Origin: Bugula neritina
Taxonomy: Eukaryota > Animalia > Bryozoa
Assembly (NCBI GenBank): GCA_964035545.1
Contig: OZ037768.1
Location: 12,122,741 to 12,186,740 of the forward strand
Reading direction: 5' to 3'
Length of the DNA stretch: 64,000 bases
The notes under the pieces are model-generated. The model did not search any database. It was not told the DNA's origin and was given only the letters and a program-made list of their open reading frames with translations. Every line of letters starts with the position of its first letter. Within the stretch, counting starts at the first letter, position 1. The position numbers were made by a program, and so were the translations under genes. Of this stretch, positions 63,520-64,000 are shown piece after piece.

Positions 63520-64000
63520 ATATCTAAGTGCAACAAATGAGTTTTCTTTGCAACGGTATTGTTTTTCAGCATCAGATTTTTTGTATTCTCTAATCTGTTC
63601 TCGTAGAGCCCATTCATGGTTTCTTACTTGACACCTGTCCAATTTACAGAAAATATTTTTCTGCTTCAAGCCTGTGTTTACTCGTTTCACAAACTCCCAC
63701 TTTTTAGTCTCATTCTCAAATATGAGCGCTGTTGGTATGGTAACTGGTGTTATCTCTTGTTCATCTTCCTCTGCTTCCAGTCTTTTCTTGCAGCCTAGCC
63801 TGAAAGCCACCAGTAAGGACATCAATTTCTTGAAACACTCTTGTTTCAAAAAGTTGTTCACTTAATTTATGACTTGAGTCCCTTCTTCGGCAATGCCATA
63901 TAAAATTGCATTCAGTTTTTTGTGATTCTGTTATATTCATTTGTTGTTGTCTCTGAATCAATTTTTCTGCATTCTCATTAAATTCAGCTGCAATTTTTAT
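63520..64000 (-). mobile_element. LINE D: ORF1 fragment related to LINE A, running off the right edge
   Basis: KKWEFVKRVNTGLKQKNIFCKLD...ALREQIRE...YR aligns with LINE A ORF1 SKWEFLKRTNATLRGRKIYCKLD...ALRQEIKR...YR; frameshifted. Confidence 0.8.

Noticed and set aside
1-64000. Hammerhead ribozyme cores (CTGATGA...GAAA)
   Set aside because: The CTGATGA instances I inspected lacked flanking stems and a properly placed GAAA; this was a by-eye scan, not exhaustive.

Overview
AT-rich, intron-rich invertebrate animal genomic DNA (not prokaryotic; the species cannot be named from sequence alone). The left 46 kb holds four spliced genes in two head-to-head pairs: LARP4-like (-, running off the left edge) / SETD2 (+), and an SHB/SHD/SHE/SHF-family SH2 adaptor (-) / activin type II-like receptor kinase (+). 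SETD2 and the SH2 gene converge tail-to-tail. The right ~17 kb is a gapless stack of retroelements, all on the minus strand: two near full-length PHD-ORF1 CR1/L2-group LINEs, a decayed BEL/Pao LTR element with a third LINE nested in its protease, and a fourth LINE ORF1 fragment. Small elements include two inverted tRNA-derived SINEs, a MITE with a 6-bp TSD and two quasi-palindromic minisatellites next to splice sites. The most unusual signals are: (i) strand-symmetric, 6-bp-periodic mosaic low-complexity DNA confined to the 1-3 kb flanks of each inferred promoter; (ii) a 20-copy array built from an authentic 5' splice site; (iii) the single-orientation TE train behind an orphan promoter-like island; (iv) ULM-like motifs plus an RS domain in SETD2; (v) a PPxY tail on the type II receptor. 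Exon models were assembled by hand from GT-AG and phase consistency and lack transcript support.
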